Part shown: piece after piece, positions 12,701 to 26,103 of the stretch | Layout: every line of letters starts with the position of its first letter | Position numbering within the stretch: position 1 is the stretch's first letter | Origin: Cenococcum geophilum | Taxonomy: Eukaryota | Assembly (NCBI GenBank): GCA_050273025.1 | Contig: CP158635.1 | Location: forward strand, 4,278,001-4,342,000 | Direction of reading: 5' to 3' | Length of the DNA: 64,000 nt | Notes under the pieces: model-generated | Told to the model about the DNA's origin: nothing | The model's database searches: none | What the model saw: the letters and a program-made list of their open reading frames with translations, nothing else | Position numbers and translations under genes: made by a program

Positions 12701-15700
12701 CTAAGGCATTCCTAGTACTGCCTTATCCCGTCCTAATAGTAGGATATTAAAAGATATCTCGGTCCGTCTTCCTTTAATAGTTATTTAAATTGGTCCTATT
12801 TTAAGATTAATAATCCCTCCTCCGTAGGTTATTGGGTCTCCTAAAATTGTAACTAATAGGTAAGGTTACTTCTTCTATCTATACGGTAGCCCTATTCTCT
12901 TAACTACTATTAGTAAGATATAGTTCCTTATTACTCCACTATCTACTAATATTTTAAACTGTTAATCTTGCTATTTAACTTATAAATTTAGGTGTTGTCC
13001 TTAAATTCCTTTAAGAGTCTAAGGCTCTACTACTAGCTCCCTCTAGTTCTGTGGGCCTTTACTTTTCCTAACTATTAGCTACTTAATCCTGTTTATACTT
13101 AGTCCGTCTTTAGCTAATACTTAATTCGCTTTTTGTCCTTAATATACTATAGATACGTATTCTCTAGGCATTCCCACCACTATTATCTATCTAGGCATTC
13201 TTCCGTAAGGAATCTTTTTGGTTAAAGTATTAAGTTACCTAACTCCTAAACTTTTACTAGATGCTAGCTATGTATATACTTAGCGTTTTAATACTTCTAT
13301 TCTTCTGCTAACTAATATATTCTTATAGAGTATTTCCAATACTTACCTTTTGGTGCTTAGTGTATATTATATATATCGTCCACATATACAATCTATGCTA
13401 ATGTATAGTATGCTTAGTGCTTTAGGTTAACTCTTAGCTCGTCTTTATCCTTAAGTTTAAACCTCTCTCGTGTTAATCTAAACGTTATAACTTTATTTAT
13501 AGGTACTAAAATACATCTCTTGCTTCTCTAGTCCTTTAAACGCTCCTTTAGATCCTTTAATGTTATAATTAAGGCTCCCTTAATGTGACTTATCGCTTTT
13601 TTTGTAATTGGGTGGTCTTGGATAACTTTCTTATCTAACTATATATAGAAATCTTCCCACTTATCATTGTGCCTTTGCCTATACCACTTTTAGTATAGCT
13701 GCTAGAGTATATATGGCTCGTCCGTAAGGAAGTATCTTCTTATTACTATATCGTAATAGCCTTTAGTATATCGTTCCTTAAACCTAGTTAGAATCCCTAG
13801 ATCCTCTTCTTATTCCAGTTTAATAAGCTACTTAGCTCTTAGTATACCTGTTCTAAGCCTATTAGTAATTCTTTATACTAGCGCTCTGTCCCTTATATGT
13901 CCCAATATACTAGATCTCTTATCTAGTTTCTGCTCTTACTATGAGGTAATTCTTGCCCTAAATTCCTCTATGGTTTCTTTTTTTTCGCGTCTTATAAGTA
14001 GATCCTTAAAGTTTCCTTACTTCTTAATCTCAGTATTAATATTTCGATCTTTAGGCTAAACACTGCGTTCCCCTAGTAAGTCTTCTAGGTCTATATACCT
14101 GTCTCCCAGTCTAGTTACTATTTGTATTATAGATTCTCTAATCTATAAAGAAGCCTCTTGCCTCTTATTTATAGGTGTCCTTATTTATACTCTAAATTCT
14201 TAACCCTTTTAGATTTATAATCCTGAGCTTGCTTTTGTCTTAAGCTTTACTCCAGCCTTAGTCTAACTAGGCTTTCTTAGTATTCTTATCTCGTCTTAAA
14301 AATCTTAAATCTTACTCATCTTGTCTTAAAAGTCTTATACCTGTAGGAAACTCTATCCCGAGCTTATTCGTATATCTTTAAACTAAGCTACTACTCTACT
14401 CCATTAGTTATTGTCCGTTATAGGTCCTTAAGCTTGCCTTATCTCGTCTTAAGAATCTTAAGCCTTTAGCCTTTTGCCTTTATTAAGTGCCGAAATAGTT
14501 CGCTGCCCTACTTCTCTTACGTTTCGCGAGGTAATAGATATTATATCTAGTAGGGTCTTAATCCCTACTAATATTTCCTATTCCGTAGTAGAATTATCCT
14601 CTTCCTCTATTATATTATCTCTGAGGTCTACGTACTCCTAGTAAGCCGCTTTCGTTGCCTTATTATTATAAAATGTTTCACCTATATTAAAGTTATCGTC
14701 CTTAATATCCGATCTACGAACTAGTTTATTAGTTCCTTTATATTCCGCTAAATATAGCTCCTATAGCTAATAGCTTGCGCTATACTTAGCGTCCTTATAA
14801 ATTTAGTATACGTTGTTATAACAAAACGCGAAACTTCTAATTAAATACTCTTTTGTTCCTCGCAGCATATTATCGTCCCTCTATACGTATATATCGTTTA
14901 CTAGTCTCGTTCCTTTTACTATATAGTAACTCTAACCACTCTTATAGTCTCTAATATAATAACCCTATTTTCCGTAATTTATATAAGCTCCTTCTTTAAA
15001 CCATTTTTCTTGCTATAGAGTCCGCCTAAATATCTTCTACTATTAAAATCCCTAATTTAGCCTCTGCTCCTTAGACCTTTAATTACTTAATCCTTATCCT
15101 CTAGGTTTCTACGGTTTCTTACTCTATCCCTTATAGGCTTCTTTAGTACTACTTAGGTCTATTAGCTCTGCGCTATACTATAGTTTTTAACTTAGCTTTA
15201 GTCGTTATATATTCTACGCCTTATACAACTATAAAACTCTATCCTAGCCTCTCTTAGCCTATTCCCTTTAGTAGATCCGATTATTAATCTTAATTACTTA
15301 ATCTATTAGTTCCCTTAGGGTATCCGCATCTCCTATTAGGATAATCACGTCCTAGACTTTAGCCTTAAGTCCTTATTTGTACTATACTATAAGCGCCCTA
15401 TTATTCCACTTAACTTATATCGCTAACGTTTAGAACTGCGTTATGTACTTAATTGCTAAGGTTCGTTACGTAATATTTTAGAGTTTCCTCTTTACCATAG
15501 TTACTATCTCCGGGTCTCTAAATATCTATATTAATTATTTCGCGAACCCTTTCTAGCTTACGAATATAAATCGTACGTCTTAATTAATAGTTATTATGCT
15601 ATTCGCTTATATCTCCGTAAGGTAAGACTTAAACTACTTAAGTGCCCTCCCTAATAGGAATAGTCCCGTATACGCTATTTGATCTATAGGTGTTAATAGC

Positions 15701-18700
15701 TTAACTCCTTCTTATATAACCTTAAAGTATATCTGCGTAAGGAATCCTTTAAGCTTTAATCTTTCTCCTAAGTACCTTTTAATTAATAGTAGCTTAATCT
15801 TTGCTACTCCTATTCTATTAATCCTATTTTCTAACGTCGCATTATTTTCTATTAGCTAGTTAACTATCTCTTATAGTTGTCCGACTGTTATAGGTTGCTA
15901 TAAGTTAATATCTGCCATACTAGTGTCGTTACCTAACCTTAAAGTAGTTGCCGCCGTCAATAGCGTCGTAGCTGGTGCTTTTGGTGGCATATTATTCAAC
16001 TTTCTGTATTTAATACCGTAACTAGGTAGTAATTATATAACGGAACCTTATAGTAAGAACTATAATGGGCTTGTTAATGGGCTAGGTATATAGGTAATAC
16101 AAATTAAAGTTAACGACGAATAATAACTGGTAGAGTAGTTGCCTAATAGATTAACTCTAATTATATTCTAAAAATCACTATAAGGAAGGAACTATCTAGG
16201 TAGGGATTAAGGGTCCTTAAATACACAACCATACTCCTATAAAATCCTTCTTATATATAATATACGTAAGATATATAAGATACGTAAGTTTCTTTCGTTC
16301 CTCTCGTTTAATACATAGCATATTATATAACCTCGCTTACTATTCCTCGTCACATAATTCTACCGGCTCTATTCTGGACCGTGCCTAGATTAACTAACTA
16401 GCTTCTTCCGACTCCTCTCCTAGTAGTCGTAACATTGTACTTAAAGCGTCCGTAACATAGGATCCCATTGCTTCGCAATTTAATGACTTTTAGACTCCAC
16501 TAACTAGACCTACGTCCCTACTGCAGCCTGTAATATAACCCCTACCTCCTCTATCTTAATCTCAAATCGGAGGCAGTTTAAAATTGCTTATAGAGCTTAT
16601 GAAGCTCTACTCGGATTAGGAGAAGAAGTTTAGTAGGGAATTATATAATATTCTTAATTTAAAACTATGTATCTTCTATAAGTATTACTAGAAGGTAGGA
16701 ATAGAGTCTAATTAATACTATAACGCCTATTCTGTTATGCTTAAGGGCCAAGCTAGTACCTTCTATTATAATTATTTAGCAGGAAAAGAATACGATTTTA
16801 ACCGTATAATATATATATTAAGATACTACTTTAAAATAGAAGAGAATAAGTAGCAGTATATGTTAGAATAGAGAGAGACTACCTTTCTAAGGATTATTGC
16901 TATAAACCTAGGTATCCCTTAACTTAATTGTCTTTAAAAGCTCTTTAATTAACTTTAGATAATTTAGCGTGGTTTATCTAAATTATATTAAGAGGATTTT
17001 AGCCTACGTAATTAAGTTATTAGCGTATGCTAAGGCGTTAAAGAATACAATCTTGCTCTCTTTAATCCTGTAAATACTTACGAAGGAGTGTATACTTAAT
17101 TAAGATCTTTTATTAGCACCGCTTTACGCTCTTAAAAAGTATAGCAATTTAACGCCTAACTTTAACCTACTTTGATTGACCCGCCCAACTAATATAATTA
17201 TAACTAGACTAATTAAATATATAGTGGCCGTGGTAGGTAATACAATAGAGGGTATAACCAATAACTATAAGGTAAAGGTGGAGGTTCTTATAGAGGTTTA
17301 TTTTAAAGTAATTGCTAAAAGAAGTATTATATTTATAAGAAACCAAATTACTAGTTAACTAGGCATTCTCTTAATAAACAAAAGGAGGTATATAATAAGT
17401 TTCGCTAGAGTATAAGAAATATTAGAAATTATAAGGTTACTGCGGCCTACTTTTAAAGCTTCCTGGTTTAATATAAAGGCGTAAAAGATCTTAAGGGTAA
17501 GGTTAATGAGGCCGAATAGCTCCTTATAGATATAGAAATTAAGGACTACTTATTTAACCAATACTTTACTAAGTATGGTAAGGTAGATAGTATATAAACC
17601 GTTACTGTTTTTAATAACTAATCTACGCTCCATTCTATTATAAAGTTAGATATTTTTAATAAGCTAAAGGAGAGCTTTGCGTTCTCCTTTAACGACAGAT
17701 ACTTAGTAAATATCTTTTATAGTATTATGCCAGATACTAAAGCCGCAGAAGTATCTATAGTAGGAGAACCTTAAGTTCGAGCCCTTTAGCAGCTTAATAG
17801 CTCTATTTAGATTAACTATTTAACGGTAGGCTAATATACGATTTGTTTTAGCAAGGGTACTATAATCTCTTTTAGCATAATTAGGGTCTAAACCCTCTTA
17901 GGGTATATTACTTTCCACGTTATTCCTATAAATACTCCGTTTCTATTTTACATTAGAGATATAAATAAATTAGGCGTTAAGCTTAATAACTTTAAGAATA
18001 TACTTATATAGGGAGATAATCGGGTACCTATTATACGCAAGTAGGGTTACCCTTAGTTGCTCCTTTATTAACTAAAAAAGAGTATTACTTAAAGCCACCT
18101 AACTAAGTTAGAGTTACGTTAACTACACTATTATTTTAGCTACCTATCCATTTATTAATTACTTAGGGCTCTTTAATAAGTAGGCTATAAAGTTAAGGTT
18201 AAGGTAATTAAGCATCTTATAAAGTACTGCTATTACTACTAAATAAACTAAAAGTCCCCTAGCCGATTTAAGTTTACCCTTAAGAATAACTACGACTTTA
18301 ACTTCTATATTATTGTTAATGTTATATATCTTAGCGGTAAGCTAGTACTCTAAGTTATTAACTTCTTAACCTCCTTTTAAGCCGTACGATTCTTAAAGGA
18401 TATATTAGCAAGGAACGCATAGAATACCCTTTAATTATACTAGATTAATGTCTACCTAGGGCCCTTTAACCAAATCGTCTATAATATAGGAAAGAACTTC
18501 TTATCTTTAAAGTTTCGATAATAGATAAAAGTAATGGCAATTAAGGTTAAGAAAGTCCCTATTAAGGCATATAATAGTATTAGAAAAGTAGAGCGATATT
18601 ATATACTATTACGCCGCGTATATAAAATTATCTCTTTAAAACTAGAGGATACTAGCGAAGAACTTACCTTATAAATAGCTATTAAAGCCGTTAATAATTC

Positions 18701-21659
18701 TGCTGGCCCAGATAGACTTATACCTATATTACTAGTCTTTAGCGCCTACCCTTAAATAACTAATAATTCTTTACCGTTTCCCTCTATTATATAATAAGCT
18801 AAGGCTATTTATAAGGTAACGAAGGAGGTATAACGTCTCTACGCTATACGCTAGGTTAACGATATACTAGGAATAAAAAATGGTCTAAACACCTTAACTA
18901 CGCTTAATCTGCCACTTTAGTCTAAGGTACGCGTATAGCGTAAAAAGGGAGGATAGTTAGGCCTATATTAACTTATTATAATTAATAGTTAGACTTATAC
19001 TATTTAAATACTTTATAGACCTACTTAATTCCATTTAACTATTATTAAGCCTTACTATAAGGATAGCAGCTCTAAGCCTTTACAGGATGCCATAGAAAAT
19101 ACCCTAAAGAAGAGCTATAATTAACGTACTCTAGAAGGCAACTACGATTTTAATATAATTATAGTAGATACGCCGTAACCATAACGCGGTAGAGGTCGCC
19201 TAAAGGGATTACAAAATTGCCAACATCTTATTAATTTTAAAGAGTAATTTGTTGCCGCTATTAAGAATAGAGTTAAGCTATTAATAGCCTTTATAATAGC
19301 TAAGGAAAAGGCTAACTTTAAACTCGCAAAACAGCTCTAAAAGAAAGGTTGTATTCTAACTTTAGGAGCTCCTTTCTAAGCATCTAATAATTAGGAGATT
19401 AATAGCCTTATTACAAGAGAAGTCTTTAAATTTAAGAAGTATAACCCTACTAAGTTTAATAAAGTTTGCATCTTTATGTTAAGGATAGTTAATAAGATTA
19501 AGGGCAAAGCTACTAACGCCCTATTTAAGAAATTAAGGCTTATTATCTAAGGTTATAATAATAATAGTAAAGAGATAATTCTTATATAATCTCCTATGAT
19601 TTAACGAGCTAGTTAGCGAGTTATTATAGTATTAGCTCCCTCCTTAATAAAGAATAGAATAGTGGTTTATTTATAAAATATTACTTAAGCCTATACCTAA
19701 TTAGAGACGCACCTTTAGCGCTTAATATTAGCATACCTTCTAGAGTAAATTCGCTACTAGTATCCTAAAGATACGATTATAGTTATACTTAAGCCATTAT
19801 ATGGAATTATAAAGGCAGGAACTTACTAGTAGGCTACCTATAGCAAGTACCATAAAGAGAAGCTTTTAATAACTACTTTAATATTTAATCCCTACTTCCT
19901 TATTATAACCATAGGAACCCTATTTAGAATTGTTGGTATATAAACTAATAATATAATTATCTTAGGAGACGACTAATTCTTAGCTCTTAAAGAGGATAAG
20001 CTAGTAAAGGTAAATCTTATAGCAAAGCCAAAGGAAAAGCTTAATTTAACAACACTATTACTTTTTAATAGATGTATACTCTCCCTAAATAAGGATTCTA
20101 TTACTTTGCGCCAGAAGGGTTAAGGTAAAAAGATTAATATTATTAATATTAATTCCCTAAAGTAAGGATATATAGAGCAACGCGCTTATAGAGCTTATAT
20201 TACTTTTATCTGTTAACCTAAGGCTTTATTTAATCTCTCTATTGCCGCCTAACACCAGGAACTAACTAAGGATGACGTTCTTGCCCTAAATAAACGTCTT
20301 TCCTAGCAAATAAACTATCTTAATTAGGGACTACTCTACGTACCTATTAATCTTCCTACCGCTAAGCTCTTTATATTTGTTAATAGATCGTTTATAAATA
20401 ATAAAGATTTTAGCTCCTAGTTAGGATATAAGATTATTATTACAAACAAATTTACTAGAGAGAATAACTTTATAATCTATGGCAATTTTATTTATTAGAG
20501 CTTAACTAAGAGTAAGCGCGTTACCTAAAGTATTTTAGCGTTAGAAATATATGGAATAGTTAGCGGAGTTAATATAACAATTGCAATTGGAACTACCCTA
20601 AAGATAATTATAAATTAACTTAAACTTCCTATTATCTCTATAATCGTATATACTAACTTATATTCCCTCTATAAGTATTTAGTTAAGCTTAATACTATAA
20701 AGGAGAAGCGCCTTATAATTGATATTATGGCACTTTAGTAATCCTATAAGTGTTAAGAACTCTTTAAGATTTAATAGATTAATGGCTAAGATAACCCAGT
20801 AGATATAATAATAAAGGTAAACCTAAATAAGGCACTAGAGACGTTTGTTAACACAAATACTCTATATATATAAGTTAAAGGTTAGGTTAAAAGGGAGTCC
20901 CTAGAAATTTCTTAGTTATATAAGGTCTTAAGATATCTAGGAACTTTAACCAGCGGTTAAAGTTATCTAATTAGTTAGATTCTCTTACTAAGACTTTTTA
21001 AAAGGAGGGAGTATAACATTTTATAGACCCTAACTTAACCCAGCTAATTAGGATTTTCTATCCCCGGGATGGAAAATCGCTATTGGCTCGCTTACTACTA
21101 GCGCCTTGGCGGCCCTCCGAATAAGAGACTTACCTATAACTCCTAAGTAAGAGAGCACTACGTGCTAAGAGGCGAATTTTAGGACAGCGAGACTTATATA
21201 TTACAATGGCAATAGTAAATAAGGAGGATTTATATTTGTTACGCTAGTTAAGCAGTATTTGTATATAGATGGCAACTATAAAAGAAGAGTTGCTAGTGTT
21301 GGGAATAAGGCAAGCGGTCGTTACGTGCCGCCGCGGCACTAGCGTGGCGAGGAGTCTTAAGCTCCTCGCCCTTCCTTATTCCAATTAATAAGCTTTATTA
21401 ACTAACATCACTGTAACCTACTCGAGTAGTCGTTATTGGTGAGTTACCCTATATAACTAACAAACCAAGTTAAATAAAGTTGTAATTACTATAAGGTATA
21501 TAATGGGGTTATAAAAGTGACCCTAGTTGTAACCGCTCTACATTACCGCCTTCTAATTTAGGCTAGTTTATTGCCTAAATTAATATACTGCCGCTTTAAA
21601 CATTAATATATTAACTTTTCCCCTTACTTCCTTGCATAGGACTCCATATTACTAAAGCT

Positions 21660-23460
21660 ATACCTTATTAGCTACGTGCTCTAAATGCAAAAAATCGTCT
21701 ATAAGCAGCTTTAATAGCCTAGCAAATAGTAAGTCTCTATAAAAGCGCCGAAGCTTATGCGAAAGCCTATAAAGTTAGTCTAGTTACTTTCTGCTAGCGG
21801 CTCTAAGGCAAATTATAGTCTTCCTAGGTTGCCTACGTTAATTAATATTATATTACTCTAGCTAGTAAGGCAGCTATTATTTAATATTATATTTACCTTA
21901 CTAAGGCCGGATTTCCATATTAATACTATACAATTTAGATAATTGTAATACTTATTCTCTAGCGCGAAACCTCTAACCTAAGTTATACCTAAGTTATACT
22001 ACTTAGTATAAAATAGATATATAGCTTCTTAAAACGGCAGGAGGAGCTTCGTACTTACTATATGCAATTAATCTCCTTAAAGCGCGCTATTGCTGGCAAT
22101 AATCCTGCTCTAATTAAGAGGTTTTTTACTAACTACTTAAATCCGAAAACTTAGTATAATATTAATAGCGCTAATATATAGAATGTAGATAAGACTGGCC
22201 ACGCTATAGGCTTTGCATATAGCGCCAAAGTGGTTGTATTAGGAGGTAATGTTATTAGCTTTAAGATAATTAACGGCTCTAGGGAGTGGGTTTCATAGAT
22301 TAATTTAATTAGTATATAAGGGGGATAATTCCACCGTTTATTATTTTTAAAGGACGCTAATATATAGAATTGCTATAGCAAGAAGTAGAGGAAGCTGTAG
22401 GTGAGTGTATAATTATAATAAGTAAAAATGGATAGTTAAATTAAGAGCTTAGGGTATAATAGCTAGAGTATTTTAAACACTATACCTAACGAACTAAGGT
22501 ATAGGAGAGGATAATAGAAGACAGAAATTAATATAATAGCTATTAACTGTTAATTATAGACGGCTATAGTAGCCACGTTAATATTAAGTTTGTTAAGTTT
22601 TACTAGTTAAAGAAGATTATACTAATTTACCTATCGCCGCATTTAACGCACCTTCTTTAGCCCTTAGATCTAGTTATCTTTTTAGTTCTTAAGTGACTCT
22701 ATTTATTAAAAGTTAATAAATATATAGCGCGCGGCATTAATAGTATTAGTAGAGACTATTTTCTATAGATACTAGGTAAGATTTAGCCATAGGTATATAC
22801 TAGAGAGTTAATTAGGAGCGCCTTTAAGGCTATAGACCTCCTTCCCTTTAACCTAAATTAAGCCCTTACGCGTTGCTCTAGCTAGTCCATATCTATTAAG
22901 CTATCTATACCTCCACCTTATTACGCAGAGGTAACGATCCTATCCTCCCCTATGTACCCTCCCCTAATAAATAGCGAGTACGCTTAAGCTTAGTATATGC
23001 ATATAATTATTTATCTAGAGACTACACCGGAGGTAATAGAGGTAGTCGTCTTAAAGTTAATATAATACTTACAATCCTTAAAGGAATGCCTTAAGCTTAT
23101 ATAAGTTAAAAATAACAATCTTTGGCAATATACTAAGAGAAAGGCTAAAAAGAAGCGTAAACGGAATATGCTCTTTACTAAATTGGTTTTTACTTTAGAA
23201 GTAATAAGGGAGCTCGCTACTACTAAAGAGGCTGCTTAGATGGCTAAAGAGTAAGCTACGCTTACTAGGAAATAGCTTAAGAAAGATTATTAGGTAGTAG
23301 TGGAGCTTACTAAGGAGTAAGTTAAGATCTAAAAGGTAGCCTAGAAAAGGGTTACTAATGTGGAGAAGCTAGCTATAATTTACCGTATAGAAGTAGTAGA
23401 GGTAGGAAAAGTAGCTAAGAAGGCGTATAAGGACTACGCCGTGTGGATTAAATAGATTAA
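21660..23460 (+). pseudogene. RIP-inactivated pogo/Fot1 DDE transposase
   Basis: De-RIP motifs NVDETG (~22182), NGW (~22427), DGHxSH (~22559) and PHSTHLLQPLD (~22637). Many TAA/TAG stops; ends approximate. Confidence 0.85.
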
Positions 23461-23909
23461 AGCGTTTATATATCTTAGTTATATACTAGTTATATACTAG
23501 TTATATTATAAGTATAGAATATTATATAAAGTATAGAGCATAGCGCGGAGTATTAGGGTTAGATATTATAATGTCTTTATATCTAGGTAATTACCTTAAT
23601 ATAACCTCCGCCCTTTATACTTATTAAATATAAAAGTTTATATTAACTTAGTTCTTATTTTAATTTCCTAAGCTCTAATTCTATCTTCTAGTTCTATAGT
23701 TTAATTGCTTTTACTTTAGCTTCTATATATAAAACTTAGGCTTTTTACTTACAAATATTTAATTAAGATTATTATAGCGTTAACTATTATAAAAATTAAG
23801 CTTATTAAGTAATAGTTGTATAAAGTAATAACTAGGAGCTACTTTTATATTCTAAATATAGTTAGCTTATAAGCTGGATATATTAAGGATATATCTAGAT
23901 AATTCTACC

Positions 23910-26103
23910 TATTTGTATCAACTTAATAATATAAGTGAGTTATATCCAGGGGCACGAAATACGTATAGTATTGTATGCTCTTTTGGATAGTAGTAACTTG
24001 TTCTTCTAATCGTACATAAATAAGTAGAATTTAAGGGGTTTCCTAAGCTCGCTTAGCTCACGTAATTGCGTCTATAAATTCCCATCCGAACTTATTCAGA
24101 CACTAGCGGTACTTAAAAAATAAAACCACTTATATATAGCCTCCGTAATTGCTTTAATAGAACCGTAAAATATAAAAGAAATATATAAGAAATAAAACTA
24201 TAAAACATAAAAGAAATATATAGGAAATTCTTCCGTATAATAGGTGCTATAATTATACACTAGTAGTACTTAACAATAGACCCACTTATATATAGCCCCC
24301 GTAATTGCTTTAGTAAAACTATAAAATATAAAAATAAAAAAAAATAAGAATAAAACTATAAAAGACAAAAGAAATACATAGGGAATCCCTTCCGAGTTGC
24401 CCTCTAGGCTGCCTTCTAAACGGTGCCTTAAGCTGGCCGTAAGTCCTGCTTACGGTCCGTAAAATGAACCATAGAGCGTTTAAGGACTCTATATAGCTTT
24501 TCGGCTAACAGGTGGTCGAAACGGCAGTACAGGCGGTAGATTTTGGTACTACATAGTTTACTTACGCTCCTTAGCCATAGGCTTTGCCTTATGTGGCTCG
24601 TTTTACTCCGCCTTTATAAAGGTCTCGTTTTAGGGAAGGCAAGGGTCGTATATAGGTTAGTCCATATACAGCTGCATATTAGGGTCGGTGTTGGCAGTAC
24701 TAGGGTAAAGATACTAGGCGGGAGGAAGACTAGGTAAGGTCGGAGCAGTTGCTAAGGGGAGGGTAGAGGCGGTTGCCACAGGTAGTAATTACTAGGTAGG
24801 TTACGGAGGTTTATACAAGCTTAGCTGCCGTAGCTCCTTAGCTTTAGTTAATAAAGAGGGTAAAGCTAGCAGAGCTTGTACGGACGGAGCTTATACGGAC
24901 GGAGCTTATATAGACGGAGCTTGCGCGAACGGAGCTTATGCGGACAGAGCTTACATAGACGGAGCTTGCGCGGACAGAGCTTATGCGGACGGAGCTTACA
25001 CGGATAGGGCTTACATAGGCGGAGTTTATGCGGACAGAGTTTGTAATATTATATATTGCAAAAGTCCTACTAGTGTTCCTTTAGGTAATAGTGGATTTAT
25101 ATATATTAAAGGTCCTATAAGACTAGAGATCCTATTAAGTTTAAAGAAGGTAAAGAATCCGCTGGTTTTAATATAATCTAAAATCTACTCTTTAGTCTAT
25201 TTCGTTTAGTTTTCCTTATATAGTATATTGTATAGAGACCGTGTAATAGTAACTCGCCTATTCTTTTTAAGCCATACACCTTAGTTACATAAGAGGGTTT
25301 ATAGGTTGTGGGTAGCTATAAGGTTATAAGTCTTAAAAATAGCTTCTATAAAGTCCGTAAAGTCTTCCTTATATTATTCCTATAGATTATTATTTAGAAG
25401 CTTAAAGTGTCCGTATTTAAGGATTTTAAAATTAATATAGTTGTTAACGCCGTTTATAGACGTAAGGTTGACTCCCTAACTCTACTTCTTTTAACCTTTA
25501 TTAATTTGCTTGCTTATATCTACTATATTATATAGCATAGTATATCTATATAAGCTGTAACGGGTTAAGGGGAGCTTATAGCGGGTAGAGGTCTTATAAT
25601 AGTCCGTAAAATCAATTAACGGGTCCGTAATAGTTTAAAAGGTCTTATAATGGTCCATAAAGGCGATTAATAGGTCTATAATAGTTTATAGGAGGGTAAG
25701 AGGTTCTATAAAGGTCTATATTCGCGTTTATAAACTTTTAGTAAACTATATTAAGACTTAAATAAGTATATAGAGATGGTGATATAGTCTATAATCCCCA
25801 ACTTCCAACCTTCTAGTAGGTCGTACTAGTATTAAACGGGTGGTCGCTGTTATATATTGCTTAAGGGGAGATATTAAGTAATTGCTAATCTATACGCGCT
25901 CACTAATTAGTGTTTATATTAACTTAATAATATAAATAAGTTATATCCAGGGGCACGAAATACGTATAGTATTATATGCTCTTTTAGATGGTGGTGGCTT
26001 GTTCTTCTAATTGTATATAAATAGGTGGAATTTAAGGGGTTTCCTAAGCTCGCTTAGCTCACGTAATTACGTCCATAAATTCCCGTCTAAACTTATTTAG
26101 ATA
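23910..26103 (-). mobile_element. Non-autonomous 2.2-kb LTR element related to Copia-B, no pol, chimeric LTRs
   Basis: 193-bp direct LTRs at 23910-24102 and 25911-26103, TSD CTACC, palindrome CACTAATTAGTG at 25901-25912. Internal 25110-25910 and 24260-24480 are reverse-complement homologous to Copia-B 27666-28615 and ~33170-33344. Confidence 0.9.
24870..25043 (-). repeat. 15-bp tandem array (GAGCTTRYRCGGACG), about 11 units, read as (QAPSV/A)n in the gag remnant
   Basis: Directly visible tandem units; the 15-bp period preserves frame. Confidence 0.85.

Larger units (their letters stand above)
2574..16457 (-). mobile_element. Gypsy-A copy 1: chromodomain Ty3/Gypsy LTR retrotransposon, RIP-decayed
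   Basis: TSD TAGGA. 5' LTR 16036-16457; 3' LTR 2574-2749 plus 8720-8965 (split by Gypsy-B). PPT at 8966-8985, gag ATG at 15990. Colinear with copy 2 (33489-41439). Confidence 0.95.
1515..21462 (+). mobile_element. Copia-A: GalEa-type Ty1/Copia LTR retrotransposon, RIP-decayed, interrupted in gag by Gypsy-A1
   Basis: 166-bp TG...CA LTRs at 1515-1680 and 21297-21462, with AACC duplicated at the flanks. Palindrome CACTAATTAGTG at the 5' LTR/leader junction. Order PR (IMPDTGAA ~17724), INT (ELRQLH..FGHP ~18111), RT (DITQAY ~19677; QTDD ~19941), RH (KEKRLMID ~20699). Confidence 0.92.
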
